A stretch of 64,000 bases of DNA from Gammaproteobacteria bacterium (GCA_965221695.1 OZ244905.1:864001-928000); one strand, 5' to 3'; counted from the stretch's first letter, positions 19,050 through 29,764 are shown. The notes: generated from the letters alone by a model not told the origin. Numbers and translations: made by a program.

Positions 19050-20480
19050 CTACGCCTGTTTCAGCAATGGCGCGGTCAGCGGCCATGGCGCGGCTTGCTC
19101 AAGTTGTCGCGCCAGTTGCAGCAGGGTGGCCTCCGCGCCGTAGCGACCAACAAATTGTACCCCCAACGGCAGTCCATTGGTGTTCTGGTGTAACGGCAGC
19201 GAGATTGCCGGTTGTCCTGTCATGTTAAACAGTGGTGTAAACGGGCAGAATTCAAAAGTACGGTTTGACCATGCTTTGGCATCCAGGCCGGGGGCATTGG
19301 CATTGATGACACCCACCGGCAGCGGCGGCTGGGCCACGGTAGGTGTGAGCAGGATATCGCATTCCTGAAAGAATCCGCCGATACCCCGGCATACCTGGTT
19401 CGCGACTGCCTGGGCCTTGAGCAAAGCTTCCGCCTTGACCTGCTTGCCTTCCCGGTAACAGGCAAGCGTGGTTGCCTCAAGATGCTCTTCATCCACGGGC
19501 CGGCCGGTGAGCATAGCCGCATAATCTATGAAAACGGCCAGGTTCGCCGCCCACAGCACGACGGTTGCCTCGAAAAACTGCTCCCAGTCGAGTCGGGGCC
19601 TGGCCTCGATGACCTGGTGTCCCAGTTGTTCGCAAAGTTGCGCGGTCTTCGGTATTGTATCCTTGACCTCTCCGTCAACTTCCACGCCTGACCAGGCTTC
19701 GTTCATCCAAGCAATTGTCAACGATCCGGGGCCTTTCAACATGCTGCTCGCATAGGCTTCCCCGGGTATCGGAATCTCGAAAGGATCGCCAATGCCAGGG
19801 CCTTTGACGGCGTCGAGCAGGGCTGCCGCATCCCTGATCGTCCTGGTAACGGCAAATTCCACTGCCAGGCCGCTCAACGGCTCGCCGCTGTCCGGACCGC
19901 TCGGTACCCTGCCCCGGGTCGGCTTCAGGCCGACGAGGCCGCAGCAGGAGGCTGGTATGCGAATGGAACCACCACCGTCATTGGCATGAGCCAGCGGAAT
20001 GATACCGGCGGCAACCGATGCGGCCGTGGCCCCGCTTGAACCTCCCGGCATTCTTGCCAAGTCCCAGGGATTGCGCGAAGGGCCGTTGACCAGCGGTTCA
20101 GTGGTGGGACAATAACCGAATTCCGGCGTGGCTGCCCGGCCTATTGTGCGAAGGCCGGCCTGGCGAAACCGCTGCATCAGGTCAGTATCGTGTTGCGCCC
20201 GGATACCCTGGGCCAACCTGCTGCCCATCTCATTCAGCACACCTTCGGCGCGCAGCCCCAGGTCTTTGATAAGAAAAGGCACACCGAAGAAAGGCGCATC
20301 GGCATTGTGCGAACCTGCCAAGGGTTCGGGAAAGATTTCAATAATGGTGTTGATTTTCGGATTGAGCAGGTCCGCCATCTGCAGCGCGCAGGCCAGCGCT
20401 TCTTCATCACTGACCTCTTTGTTGCGGATCAGCTCGGCGAGTCCGAGTCCATCATAGGACATGTATTCCGTTAGTTTCAT
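19050..20480 (-). CDS. Amidase-signature family amidase
   Basis: GVPFLIKD, PGGSSG, NDGGGSIRIPAS..GLVGLKPTRGR. Confidence 0.95.
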   Translation of the reverse strand: MKLTEYMSYDGLGLAELIRNKEVSDEEALACALQMADLLNPKINTIIEIFPEPLAGSHNADAPFFGVPFLIKDLGLRAEGVLNEMGSRLAQGIRAQHDTDLMQRFRQAGLRTIGRAATPEFGYCPTTEPLVNGPSRNPWDLARMPGGSSGATAASVAAGIIPLAHANDGGGSIRIPASCCGLVGLKPTRGRVPSGPDSGEPLSGLAVEFAVTRTIRDAAALLDAVKGPGIGDPFEIPIPGEAYASSMLKGPGSLTIAWMNEAWSGVEVDGEVKDTIPKTAQLCEQLGHQVIEARPRLDWEQFFEATVVLWAANLAVFIDYAAMLTGRPVDEEHLEATTLACYREGKQVKAEALLKAQAVANQVCRGIGGFFQECDILLTPTVAQPPLPVGVINANAPGLDAKAWSNRTFEFCPFTPLFNMTGQPAISLPLHQNTNGLPLGVQFVGRYGAEATLLQLARQLEQAAPWPLTAPLLKQA

Positions 20481-20555
20481 TTCTCCCACACTGTATAGCG
20501 CGTTCCTGTATGCGGACTTTGCAATTTACTGCTATATTGCGCGGATTGCAAGAAA

Positions 20556-21581
20556 ATGTACCACGCATCCAAATATTTCAATCCATACCTGTGGCTATTG
20601 CTGTTTTCGCTGGCTGCTCCGCAAACCTGCCACGCCGAAAAGAAGCTAGTCATAGGACTGGCCATGCCGGAACACGTTCCTGCCATGAAGCTGGTCAACG
20701 GCATGTATGAAACTTTTCGGGATGAGGCGCACACCAATGCAAACGGTGAGATCAAGGTAGAAATCTATTACGGCGGCATGCTCGGCAATGCGGACTCCCG
20801 CCTGCGTCAGGTGCGGGCCGGCATTATTCACATGAGCGATCCGGCAATCGGAAACCTGGCGACACTCTACCCCGACATACAGGTATTCAGCCTGCCCTAC
20901 CTGTTCCAGGACACTGATGATGCCTGGAAAATTCTGGATGGACCTACTGGCAACAGACTGGTCCAGGGTCTCAGGCAAATGACGGGGCTTCATATACTCG
21001 GGTGGTTTATTACCGGAGATTTTTCCCACTACAGTTCAAACCAGCCCATAAAAAATGCGTCTGATCTGGTCGGTCAAAAAATCCGTGTCCTGTCCCCAAT
21101 CGACGCGATAGCAGTCAGGGCGCATGGAGCCTCTCCTTTGCCAATACCGTTTAATGAATTGTACACTGCACTCAAGATCGGGGTTGCAGACGGCATGGAA
21201 CAGAACCTGTGGGTGATTGACACACTCAGGTTTTACGAGGTTCAGAAATACCTGTACCTCGATAAACATCGTCTGCCTCTGGCCGTGATGGTCATGAATG
21301 CGGAATTCTTTGATGGTCTTCCGATCCGCCTGCAACAGGTAATACGGCGCGCGGCCGGGAAAGGGATCGCCTACAACCGCAGCATGATGAAAGAACTTGA
21401 ACCGGACCTGCCGCGCAGACTGGAAGCTGCCGGAGTCACTATTACCAGGCCATCACTCGAAGAGATGGAAGCCCTCGCCGAACCGGCGCTGTCCGCTTCC
21501 ATTGGCTACCTGCGCGGGAAAATGCTGGATCCGACGCTTCTGGATGAAGTAATTATGGCGAGCAGGTTTGCCGGTCATTGA
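20556..21581 (+). CDS. dctP: TRAP transporter solute-binding protein
   Basis: Signal peptide, GGMLG, FSLPYLF, DLVGQKIRV, ELYTALKIGVADGME. Confidence 0.9.
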   Translation: MYHASKYFNPYLWLLLFSLAAPQTCHAEKKLVIGLAMPEHVPAMKLVNGMYETFRDEAHTNANGEIKVEIYYGGMLGNADSRLRQVRAGIIHMSDPAIGNLATLYPDIQVFSLPYLFQDTDDAWKILDGPTGNRLVQGLRQMTGLHILGWFITGDFSHYSSNQPIKNASDLVGQKIRVLSPIDAIAVRAHGASPLPIPFNELYTALKIGVADGMEQNLWVIDTLRFYEVQKYLYLDKHRLPLAVMVMNAEFFDGLPIRLQQVIRRAAGKGIAYNRSMMKELEPDLPRRLEAAGVTITRPSLEEMEALAEPALSASIGYLRGKMLDPTLLDEVIMASRFAGH

Positions 21582-22059
21582 TTCCGTGTCGCGGTTTGAA
21601 ACGATGATTGAAATGCTGGACCGGACGCTCCGGCTGCTTGCCGGCGCCAGCCTGGCGCTGGTGTTCCTGATCATAATCATACAGGTCGCCATGCGTTACG
21701 TATTTCAGACCGTGCCGTTTTTCATGGAGGAAGCCGCGCGGTACCTCTGTATCTGGGGCGTATTTTCGGGTATGGCGTCCGCCATCGTTCATAGCGCACA
21801 TATACGGGTTGGCGTACTGCGAGATATTTTCAACCGCTTGACAGGAAATTCGTTTGGATTATTTCTCGAATCGATTTGTTTCTTCCTGTACGCGCTTGTC
21901 GCCGGGTACGGATTCAAACTGATGCAGTTTCTGCATATTGAAAAAAGCATCGCCCTGGGAATCCCCCTGTCAATACCGGTTTCCGCAATACCTGTTTTTT
22001 TTACGGCTGCCGCAATCATATCCATAGCCCGCATCCTTAACTATCGGTTTAAGCCATGA
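21568..22059 (+). CDS. dctQ: TRAP transporter small permease
   Basis: QVAMRY, EEAARY, HIRV; four TM segments. Confidence 0.88.
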   Translation: MPVIDSVSRFETMIEMLDRTLRLLAGASLALVFLIIIIQVAMRYVFQTVPFFMEEAARYLCIWGVFSGMASAIVHSAHIRVGVLRDIFNRLTGNSFGLFLESICFFLYALVAGYGFKLMQFLHIEKSIALGIPLSIPVSAIPVFFTAAAIISIARILNYRFKP

Positions 22060-23345
22060 GCAGTTCCCTTATGGTCCTGATAACGGTCTTCCTGTTATTG
22101 ATCCTGGCAGGCATGCCTATTGCTTGGGCGATGCTGTGCGCGTCGATCTCCTGGATTATCCTTACCGGCAATTACCATTTTCTGCAAATTATTCCCCAGC
22201 GCCTGTTCGAGGGTATCGACGTGTTTGTGCTGCTGGCCATCCCCCTGTTCGTGCTGACAGGCGAAATCATCAACACAGGCAAGGTCACCGACAAGCTAAT
22301 CAATATGGCCGACATCTGTTTCGGCCGGCTGCGCGGCGGCCTGGCACAGGTCAACATCGGCACATCGATACTCTTTTCCGGCATTACGGGCACGGCGGTC
22401 GGGGATGTCGCAGCCTTGGGCAGGGTCTTTGTCCCGGCAATGATCCGACAGGGTTATCCGGGATCTTATGCGGCCGCCGTCACGGCGGCTTCATCGATTG
22501 TCGGCCCGATGGTACCACCTTCACTGGTTATCATTGTATACGGCGCGGCAACCGGCATGTCCATCGGCGCAATGTTTGCCGCCTGTGTCATTCCCGGCAT
22601 ACTGGTTGGGGCCATGCAGATGCTGCTGGTCGTGGCTCTGCCGCAAGCGGCTTCCCGGCGCAGGAATATCGATCGATCCTTTCCCGCCGTGGTAAGCGCC
22701 AGCCGCGCGGCTGTCGTTCCTCTGATGATACCTGTCATCATCGTTGTCTGTATCATCAGCGGGATCGCCACGCCCACCGAAGCCGGCGCCATAGCGGTAT
22801 GTTATACCCTGGTCATCACCCTACTCCTGTACCGGACACTCAAGCTGAACAACCTGCCGGGCATCTTCTCGCGGGCAATGGTATTTTCGTCGCAACTGAT
22901 GATACTGGTCGGGTGCGGTTCAGTACTTTCCTGGATTTTAGCCATGGAGCGCGTGCCGGACCTGTTGAACTCCTTCCTCGTTTCCATGAACATGTCCGCC
23001 ATATCAAGCCTGGTCTTTCTGAATATGTTCTTATTGATCGCCGGCATGTTTATCGATACCGCCGCGGCCATCATCCTGTTTTCACCCCTGCTTCTGGCGG
23101 CGGCATCCAATGTTGGAATCCATCCGTTACATTTTTCCGTGATAATGATACTGAACCTCAATATAGGCCTGCTCACGCCACCCCTGGGGATCTGCCTGCT
23201 GACTGCCGAAAGAATTGCCGATTGTGAGTTGCCGGCATTGATCAAGGCGCTGACGCCGTTCCTGCTGGTAAATATAATCGCTCTATTGCTCGTCACTTAC
23301 ATACCGGAAATCAGTCTTTTATTGCCCCGTTATCTCGGTTATTGA
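22056..23345 (+). CDS. dctM: TRAP transporter large permease
   Basis: LLAIPLF, RGGLAQVNI, GPMVPPS, ATPTEAG, IGLLTPPLG. Confidence 0.93.
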   Translation: MSSSLMVLITVFLLLILAGMPIAWAMLCASISWIILTGNYHFLQIIPQRLFEGIDVFVLLAIPLFVLTGEIINTGKVTDKLINMADICFGRLRGGLAQVNIGTSILFSGITGTAVGDVAALGRVFVPAMIRQGYPGSYAAAVTAASSIVGPMVPPSLVIIVYGAATGMSIGAMFAACVIPGILVGAMQMLLVVALPQAASRRRNIDRSFPAVVSASRAAVVPLMIPVIIVVCIISGIATPTEAGAIAVCYTLVITLLLYRTLKLNNLPGIFSRAMVFSSQLMILVGCGSVLSWILAMERVPDLLNSFLVSMNMSAISSLVFLNMFLLIAGMFIDTAAAIILFSPLLLAAASNVGIHPLHFSVIMILNLNIGLLTPPLGICLLTAERIADCELPALIKALTPFLLVNIIALLLVTYIPEISLLLPRYLGY

Positions 23346-23411
23346 GGAGCCTCCCACAGGGGTATGATTAATTTTGCCCTCAAACTTACCAATCAGCAAA
23401 GGAGAAACACC

Positions 23412-23852
23412 ATGACCCTGACCGACCCACTTTGCCATACGGCGACACTTCCCCTTCCCGTCCCCGCGCTGGAAGCGTTTGAATTTATGACGGATGCAGA
23501 AATGATGGGCCAATGGGCATTCGGCGCGTGGGGACTGAAACCTGTCGGAAACGGCATATTCATCGGGCGCAGCATGTTTGAAGACATGGAGGCCTATTGC
23601 CGCCTGAACGCCTGCCGCGAGCTGCTGCAAATAGATTACGAGGTTGGCGTAGACCCGGCCAACCTGGCTGCGCGTATCATCTCCAGGATCATCCCCGGGG
23701 AACACCTCGGCAGAGGCGCCGGCAACTGCCTGGTGAGCCTGATTGTCTGGCGCAGCGAGGCGGTGAGCGATGATCGCTGGCAGCTTACCTGCGTGTCACA
23801 TGAGATCGAAGTTTTTCGTATCAGGCATCTGATTGAAAGCCGGCGCTGCTAG
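23412..23852 (+). CDS. Hypothetical protein, possibly SRPBCC/START-like fold
   Basis: AAGGAG RBS; AFEFMTD...GQWA pattern; follows dctM in the same direction. Confidence 0.6.
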   Translation: MTLTDPLCHTATLPLPVPALEAFEFMTDAEMMGQWAFGAWGLKPVGNGIFIGRSMFEDMEAYCRLNACRELLQIDYEVGVDPANLAARIISRIIPGEHLGRGAGNCLVSLIVWRSEAVSDDRWQLTCVSHEIEVFRIRHLIESRRC

Positions 23853-23911
23853 CCCGCATTTCTCGCCAGCTCGCTTGAGGCAAGACGATAATCCTGACCG
23901 CCACAGTCCGC

Positions 23912-25009
23912 TCACAAGTTTTTCAACAGCGGTTCCACCGCGCCGATCAGCGCGTCCTGGTGCGGCTGTAACGGATGGCCTCCCAGGCCCGCCAGTACCG
24001 GTTCAAAGGGGTCTTCAACACCACTGCTGATGCCGGATAACTGTTCCATCACCGCAAGGCCGAAGAACGGTACCGTATGACCACTGTAGCCGCCTTCGTG
24101 GCACATTACCAGGCGACCGCCGCATACCTCGGCCGCGACTTGCATCATCTTTGCGGTTAGGCTGCGGTAGGCTTCGCTGGTCAGCATCTGCCGGCCCAGG
24201 GGGTCGTGCGCCCCCGCATCGAACCCGGACGGAACGATGATGAAATCCGGCTTGTATTGTTGCAGCGCCGGGACAACGATGCGGTCATAAACGGCTTCGT
24301 ATGCGCCGACTCCCGACCCCGGCGGCAGCGGCACGTTAATGTTGTAGCCGGCGCCGGCGCCTTCTCCGGTTTCGCTGATGTGGCCTGAATCCGGCGGAAA
24401 ACAATTATCCTGGTGCACCGAGATAGTCAGGGCCGCGGGGTTTTCCCAGAATGCAGCCTGGGTGCCGTTGCCGTGGTGCACGTCCCAGTCGACTATCGCG
24501 ATACGATCCAGTTTACGCGCTTCAAGCAAGTGCATGCCGGCTATGGCCGCATTACCGAATATGCAAAAGCCCATACCCATGTCGGCCAGCGCGTGGTGTC
24601 CTGGCGGTCGCACCAGCGCATAGGCGTTGTCCACCTTGCCGTCCAGCACCGCATCGACCGCCTCGATCACGCCGCCGGCAGACAGACGGGCAATTTCGAA
24701 GCTACCGCGCCCCATTGCGGTGAAAAAACCCGTCTCCGACAGGTACTGGTCGTTCTGCGCTTCGATCCTCTGGTAATACTCCGGGGTATGGAACCGGCAG
24801 ATCTCCGCTTGTGTCGCCTCCCGCGGCTCGATATGAACCAGGTCTTTCAGAATACCGCTGACGTCCAGCAGGTTGCGTATGCGGCGCTTGGTTTCCTGGT
24901 GCTCCGCATGCACATACGGCTGCACCGGGTTGCCGAAAGGCATGAAGGCCGCAAAGTTGCCGTTCTCATGCCACATGTAAAGTTCGTGATAGACAAAGCC
25001 TGTTGCCAT
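23912..25009 (-). CDS. Class II histone-deacetylase-like amidohydrolase
   Basis: RPPGHHA, GFC, DWDVHHGNGTQ, GFDA..DPLG, HEGGY. Confidence 0.95.
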   Translation of the reverse strand: MATGFVYHELYMWHENGNFAAFMPFGNPVQPYVHAEHQETKRRIRNLLDVSGILKDLVHIEPREATQAEICRFHTPEYYQRIEAQNDQYLSETGFFTAMGRGSFEIARLSAGGVIEAVDAVLDGKVDNAYALVRPPGHHALADMGMGFCIFGNAAIAGMHLLEARKLDRIAIVDWDVHHGNGTQAAFWENPAALTISVHQDNCFPPDSGHISETGEGAGAGYNINVPLPPGSGVGAYEAVYDRIVVPALQQYKPDFIIVPSGFDAGAHDPLGRQMLTSEAYRSLTAKMMQVAAEVCGGRLVMCHEGGYSGHTVPFFGLAVMEQLSGISSGVEDPFEPVLAGLGGHPLQPHQDALIGAVEPLLKNL

Positions 25010-25435
25010 GTGAGACCTCTTGATGTGTATGGAGTTTTATGAATTGTAAGATCGTTCCCCGGAAGATGTCCATGATAACACCATCAGTTTTTCGTCTGAC
25101 CAGGATTTCCCGCATCACCCAGAGACAAATACGGTTTGCTTATTATTGAGCCGGAAGGGGAAGCAGTCCGCCGACCAGGAAGGCGTCAATATTGAATTGA
25201 TGCACTTCATTCGACCCGGCGAATACGATGTTGCCGCGTAAAGCATCCAGGCAATCGACAACCCGCGTCAGCCCCGAGAGCGAATTTACAACAGTTTCTC
25301 GGTACTTTCACCCGTAACACACGATTTATCCTGCGCCGGGAAATCAATCTTACCTCAGATAAAATTCTGGCATTAATGTTCTAAATCATTAAAATAGTCT
25401 GAGCTTGCCCGAAAAATTGACAACAGTTACCTATC

Positions 25436-26596
25436 ATGCTTAAACAATTATCCGGAATAATCCTGCTTCTAAGTATTTTCAGCATCGCCAGGGCGGAGTT
25501 GCCAAACGATGAGATAGGCAATGTAAACACCCTGCCTGTGCCCTACCCCAACGACTGGGTGATTGTCCATGACATTGCGTTCGACCACATGTCCGTGGGC
25601 CGCTTCATGGTGTTGGATGTCAACGGCGGGGATATCAAGAATTATTTCAAGGGGACTTTCAACGGCGGTTTTATTGCGGCCTTTGCCCGGTCGTTGAGCA
25701 GGTCGGAGATGTACGTGCTCGAGCATTATTATGATCGGGGCACGCGCGGAAACCGCGCCGACATGATCACCATCTACGATAAAGCCACCTTGAGCCCGGT
25801 CGATGAAATTATCCTCAGCGACCCCAAACTCAAGCGGGCCGAGATACTGGTCAGCAAGTTCGTCATCTCACTCATTGACAATGACAGGTTCCTGCTGTTC
25901 TACAGCTTCACCCCCGGCACCTTTGTTACCGTCGTGGACCTGGAAAAACGCGAGGTCGTTAACGGAGTCCCATTGCCGACCTGCGCCGGTATTTTTCCTA
26001 CCGGCCGGCGTGGCTTCAGCTCGCTGTGCGGTAATGGTTCCATGGTCAGCTTCCAGCTTGATGAGAACGGTCAGGTGACCGAGCAGAGCAAGATCGAACC
26101 GTTTTTTGACGTCGACAAAGATGCCCTGTTCGAGCGGCCCGCGATCATTGATGGCACTGGCTACTTTCCCAGCTTCAGCGGCCAGATACAAGAAATCGAC
26201 TTGAGCGGCGCCAGCGCCAGCCTGGGAGAGAAATGGAGCCTGGTAGATGAAGCGGACCGGGAACAGAACTGGCGTCCCGGCGGCGCCTGGCTGACCGCGA
26301 CGGACAGTACCGGGCGACTTTATGTGATGATGCACGCAGACGGTGGCGAAGGCTCCCATGATAATCCGGGCTCTGAGATCTGGGTGTTTGACACCACCGC
26401 CAAGGCCAGGGTGCAGCGCATACCGCTTACCTTGCCGGCCATCGCCTTCGACATCACCATGGGCGACTCGCCGAAGATTGTGACCACCAATATTGAAATG
26501 AAACTGGAAGTCTATGACGCCCAGTCAGGCGAGCACATCAATACTATCGCCGATTTCTACCATAATTGGCCGTTGCTGGTGTATGCATCGCCCTAG
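25436..26596 (+). CDS. TTQ amine dehydrogenase heavy chain (MauB/AauB-like beta-propeller)
   Basis: Signal peptide, YYDRGTRGNRADMITIYD, FTP..VTVVDL, FSSLCG.G, WRPGG, MH..G.EGSH...SEIWV. Confidence 0.88.
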   Translation: MLKQLSGIILLLSIFSIARAELPNDEIGNVNTLPVPYPNDWVIVHDIAFDHMSVGRFMVLDVNGGDIKNYFKGTFNGGFIAAFARSLSRSEMYVLEHYYDRGTRGNRADMITIYDKATLSPVDEIILSDPKLKRAEILVSKFVISLIDNDRFLLFYSFTPGTFVTVVDLEKREVVNGVPLPTCAGIFPTGRRGFSSLCGNGSMVSFQLDENGQVTEQSKIEPFFDVDKDALFERPAIIDGTGYFPSFSGQIQEIDLSGASASLGEKWSLVDEADREQNWRPGGAWLTATDSTGRLYVMMHADGGEGSHDNPGSEIWVFDTTAKARVQRIPLTLPAIAFDITMGDSPKIVTTNIEMKLEVYDAQSGEHINTIADFYHNWPLLVYASP

Positions 26597-26729
26597 TCCG
26601 GATAGTGCGCAAGTTCGCTTTAGGTAAGACAATAATGTATGCATACTCATAGAGTTATATGCCCGATGTTCACTTTCGTACTGTTGCAAACCCCAGTGGC
26701 GCAATATCCTTGTTAAGGAGCAATAGAAT

Positions 26730-27251
26730 ATGATCTGGTTAGACAAACTGACGGAAAATTTATCGAGAAACGTGGCCAAGACATCTTCCCGTCGGGGTTT
26801 TCTAGGTGGGCTGGGCGGAGTACTTGCGGGCGGTTCAATCATGCCTGTGTTGCCGGTTGCCCGCGCCGCGGAGACGGAACAACCGGGACCGCCCGAGGTT
26901 GACCCGGGAGACCCGGCGACCTGCGAATACTGGCGCAACTGCGCGATAGACGGCTACCTGTGCTCCTGCTGTGGCGGAACCATCAACAGTTGCCCGCCAG
27001 GGACGCAGATGTCGTCCATCACCTGGATCGGCACCTGCAGAAACCCCGGAGACGGCAAGGACTACATCATCTCCTACAACGACTGCTGCGGCAAAACATC
27101 CTGCGGCAACTGCTTCTGTAACCGGAATGAAGGAGACAGACCCACCTACCGGCCTCATACCTCCAATGACTATAACTGGTGTCTCGGCACGGAGAGCACT
27201 GCTTATCACTGCACCGTCAACCTCATCCTGGGTGTGGCTATTAAGCAATAA
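26730..27251 (+). CDS. TTQ amine dehydrogenase light chain (MauA/AauA-like)
   Basis: Tat motif SRRGFL; CEYWRNCAIDG.LCSCCGG; both TTQ tryptophan contexts (ITWIGTC, NWCLG); YNDCCG. Confidence 0.93.
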   Translation: MIWLDKLTENLSRNVAKTSSRRGFLGGLGGVLAGGSIMPVLPVARAAETEQPGPPEVDPGDPATCEYWRNCAIDGYLCSCCGGTINSCPPGTQMSSITWIGTCRNPGDGKDYIISYNDCCGKTSCGNCFCNRNEGDRPTYRPHTSNDYNWCLGTESTAYHCTVNLILGVAIKQ

Positions 27252-27739
27252 TGGCGCCACGGCAACTGTTAGCTGACTGGTTTCCGTGTCCCGGACGCCG
27301 GCCGATTGAATTCGTGCGGACTGGCACGCTTCTGCTATTGCTAAGTGTCAGCGTCACTGCCAACGCCAATGATGTCCTTGCGCGCCAGAACTACATTCTG
27401 AACTGCCAGGGCTGCCACCTGCCGGACGGTTCAGGTTCGCCAGGCAATGTGCCGAAGATGAATGACTTTGTCGGTTATTTCCTGCACGTACCCGGCGGCA
27501 GGGAATTTATCACCCAGGTGCCAGGCGTGGCCGGCGCGCCCATCTCCGACCAGGAGCTGGCAGACGTGATGAACTGGATTCTACTGAACTTCAGCAAAAA
27601 CCAACTCCCCGATCCGTTTGTGCCCTACAACGCCGAGGAAATCGGCCAACTGCGCAAGCAACCACTAATCGACATGCACCAACGCCGCGAAGAACTGATT
27701 GCCCGCATCAAAGACAAGCTGGGTGTAACGGAGTATTAA
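27251..27739 (+). CDS. Monoheme cytochrome c (likely electron acceptor of the amine dehydrogenase)
   Basis: NYILNCQGCH, GREFITQVPG; start overlaps the light-chain stop. Confidence 0.85.
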   Translation: MAPRQLLADWFPCPGRRPIEFVRTGTLLLLLSVSVTANANDVLARQNYILNCQGCHLPDGSGSPGNVPKMNDFVGYFLHVPGGREFITQVPGVAGAPISDQELADVMNWILLNFSKNQLPDPFVPYNAEEIGQLRKQPLIDMHQRREELIARIKDKLGVTEY

Positions 27740-27828
27740 CCCCGCTTTGTCAAAATTTGACCAGACGTTTACAGTTTCTGGATGACTGTATCAGGCAGCA
27801 GGAATTTGGCCTGCGGGACAGGATTGAA

Positions 27829-28212
27829 TCAACCAGCGTTGGTCCTGGTATATATGCAAAGCTTGTTACCCTCCATGTCGCGGAAATAGCCCCCGTAGAA
27901 ACCGCCGTCACCGCGTGGCCCGGGAGCGCCCTCATCCTGGCTGCCCATGTCAAGCGCCTTTCTATGAAGGGTATGGACCTTGTCGGTGGAATCCACGAAA
28001 AATGCCACCATCACACCGTTGCCCATGGTGGCAGGCTTTCCGTCAAAGGGCCTGATAGCAGCGAATAGTGGTTCAGATTTTGATCTACCCCAAGCTATGT
28101 GTTTGTCCTCCTCTTCCATCAAGCGGGCAGCGCCCAGTTCGCCAAATAATTGATCATAGAATGCACCGGCCTTTTTCAGGTCGTTTGTTCCCAAAGTAAC
28201 ATAACCAATCAT
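27829..28212 (-). CDS. VOC/glyoxalase family protein
   Basis: MIGYVTLGTNDL, GNGVMVAF, DEGAPGPR, YFRDMEGNKL. Confidence 0.9.
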   Translation of the reverse strand: MIGYVTLGTNDLKKAGAFYDQLFGELGAARLMEEEDKHIAWGRSKSEPLFAAIRPFDGKPATMGNGVMVAFFVDSTDKVHTLHRKALDMGSQDEGAPGPRGDGGFYGGYFRDMEGNKLCIYTRTNAG

Positions 28213-28433
28213 TTTTTTTCTCCAGATGTTAAATTTGTATGTAACCAATCGCATCCTACTTGCTAATTCTACCTGAATTTGCAGGCACGGAGCACAGTAC
28301 GCAGCGTTTGCGCCTCCTGATGTCGCAGACTGTGACTATTACATTAGAATTCCTATATAGGAAAGTTGCTATAAATGCCTATAAATCACAGGAGACCGAA
28401 TATATCCTGTATATCGCGATGTGACTGCGGCGC

Positions 28434-29735
28434 TTACAGGTTACGCTTATCAATCACCCGTTTGGCTTTGCCTTCCGAGCGCGCGACGCCGCCTTCTGTG
28501 TGCACGTTGACTTGTGCCGAGATGCCTATCAAGTCCTTGATATGTTTTTGCAGCGCCTTGGCGGCCGGCTGTTTTGCAGACTCGGCGGCATCGGGGGATA
28601 GCTCCACGTTAATCGTCACTTCATCAAGGTTGCCGCTGCGGGTGATCTCGATCTGGTAGTGGGGCGCCAGGTCGGGGACCTTGAGTATCTGCTCTTCCAC
28701 TTGAGTGGGAAACATGTTCACCCCGCGGATGATCAGCATGTCGTCACTGCGGCCGGTGATTTTGTCCATGCGGCGCATGGTGCGGGCCGTGCCCGGTAAC
28801 AGCCTCGTCAGGTCCCGGGTGCGGTAGCGCACCACGGGCAGGGCTTCCTTGGTGAGGCTGGTGAACACCAGTTCTCCTTCTTCCCCGTCCGGCAATACCT
28901 CTCCCGTTTGCGGATCGATGATTTCCGGGTAGAAGTGGTCTTCCCAGATGGTAGGACCGTCCTTCGTCTCCACGCATTCCTGGGCAACGCCGGGTCCCAT
29001 GACCTCGGACAGGCCGTAGATATCCACCGCGTCGATATCCAGCCGTTGTTCCAGGTTGGCGCGCATGGAACCAGTCCAGGGTTCGGCGCCGAATATGCCC
29101 ACCCGCAGCCTGAGTTTGCGACAATCGACGCCTTGCCGCTCCAGTTCATCGGCAATACTGAGCATGTATGACGGTGTCACCATGATGATATCGGGATCGA
29201 AGTCCTGGATGAGCTGCGCCTGTTTCTCCGTTTGCCCGCCGGACATGGGGATCACGGTGCAACCCATCATCTCACCCCCGTAGTGGGCGCCCAGGCCGCC
29301 GGTGAACAGGCCATAGCCGTAGGCCACGTGTATCTTGTCTTTATGATTGCCACCGGCCGCCCGTATAGAGCGGGCTACGACACGGCTCCAAACCTCGATA
29401 TCATTGCGGGTATAGCCTACTACCACCGGTTTGCCGGTGGTGCCGCTGGATGCGTGTATGCGCACTACATCGTCCATAGGCACCGCGAACATACCAAACG
29501 GGTAGTTGTCGCGCATGTCTTGCTTGTCCGTAAACGGAAATTTGGACAGGTCGCTGAGTTGCTTCAGGTCCGAGGGATGAACGCCGGCAGTATCAAACTT
29601 CTTGCGGTAGCTCGCTACGTTGGCGTAGGCATGTTCCATGCTCCATTTCAGCCGCTGCAGTTGCAGGCTGCGCAACTCATCAATGCCGGCTTTTTCAATG
29701 GGCTCCAAGGTGTCAAAAGTCCCCTGCTCTGTCAT
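28434..29735 (-). CDS. paaK: Phenylacetate-CoA ligase
   Basis: HASSGTTGKP, YGYGLFTGGLG, DIYGLSE, GRSDDMLIIRGVN. Confidence 0.96.
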   Translation of the reverse strand: MTEQGTFDTLEPIEKAGIDELRSLQLQRLKWSMEHAYANVASYRKKFDTAGVHPSDLKQLSDLSKFPFTDKQDMRDNYPFGMFAVPMDDVVRIHASSGTTGKPVVVGYTRNDIEVWSRVVARSIRAAGGNHKDKIHVAYGYGLFTGGLGAHYGGEMMGCTVIPMSGGQTEKQAQLIQDFDPDIIMVTPSYMLSIADELERQGVDCRKLRLRVGIFGAEPWTGSMRANLEQRLDIDAVDIYGLSEVMGPGVAQECVETKDGPTIWEDHFYPEIIDPQTGEVLPDGEEGELVFTSLTKEALPVVRYRTRDLTRLLPGTARTMRRMDKITGRSDDMLIIRGVNMFPTQVEEQILKVPDLAPHYQIEITRSGNLDEVTINVELSPDAAESAKQPAAKALQKHIKDLIGISAQVNVHTEGGVARSEGKAKRVIDKRNL

Positions 29736-29764
29736 ACTGTGCACCTTCAATAGCGGTTATAAAC

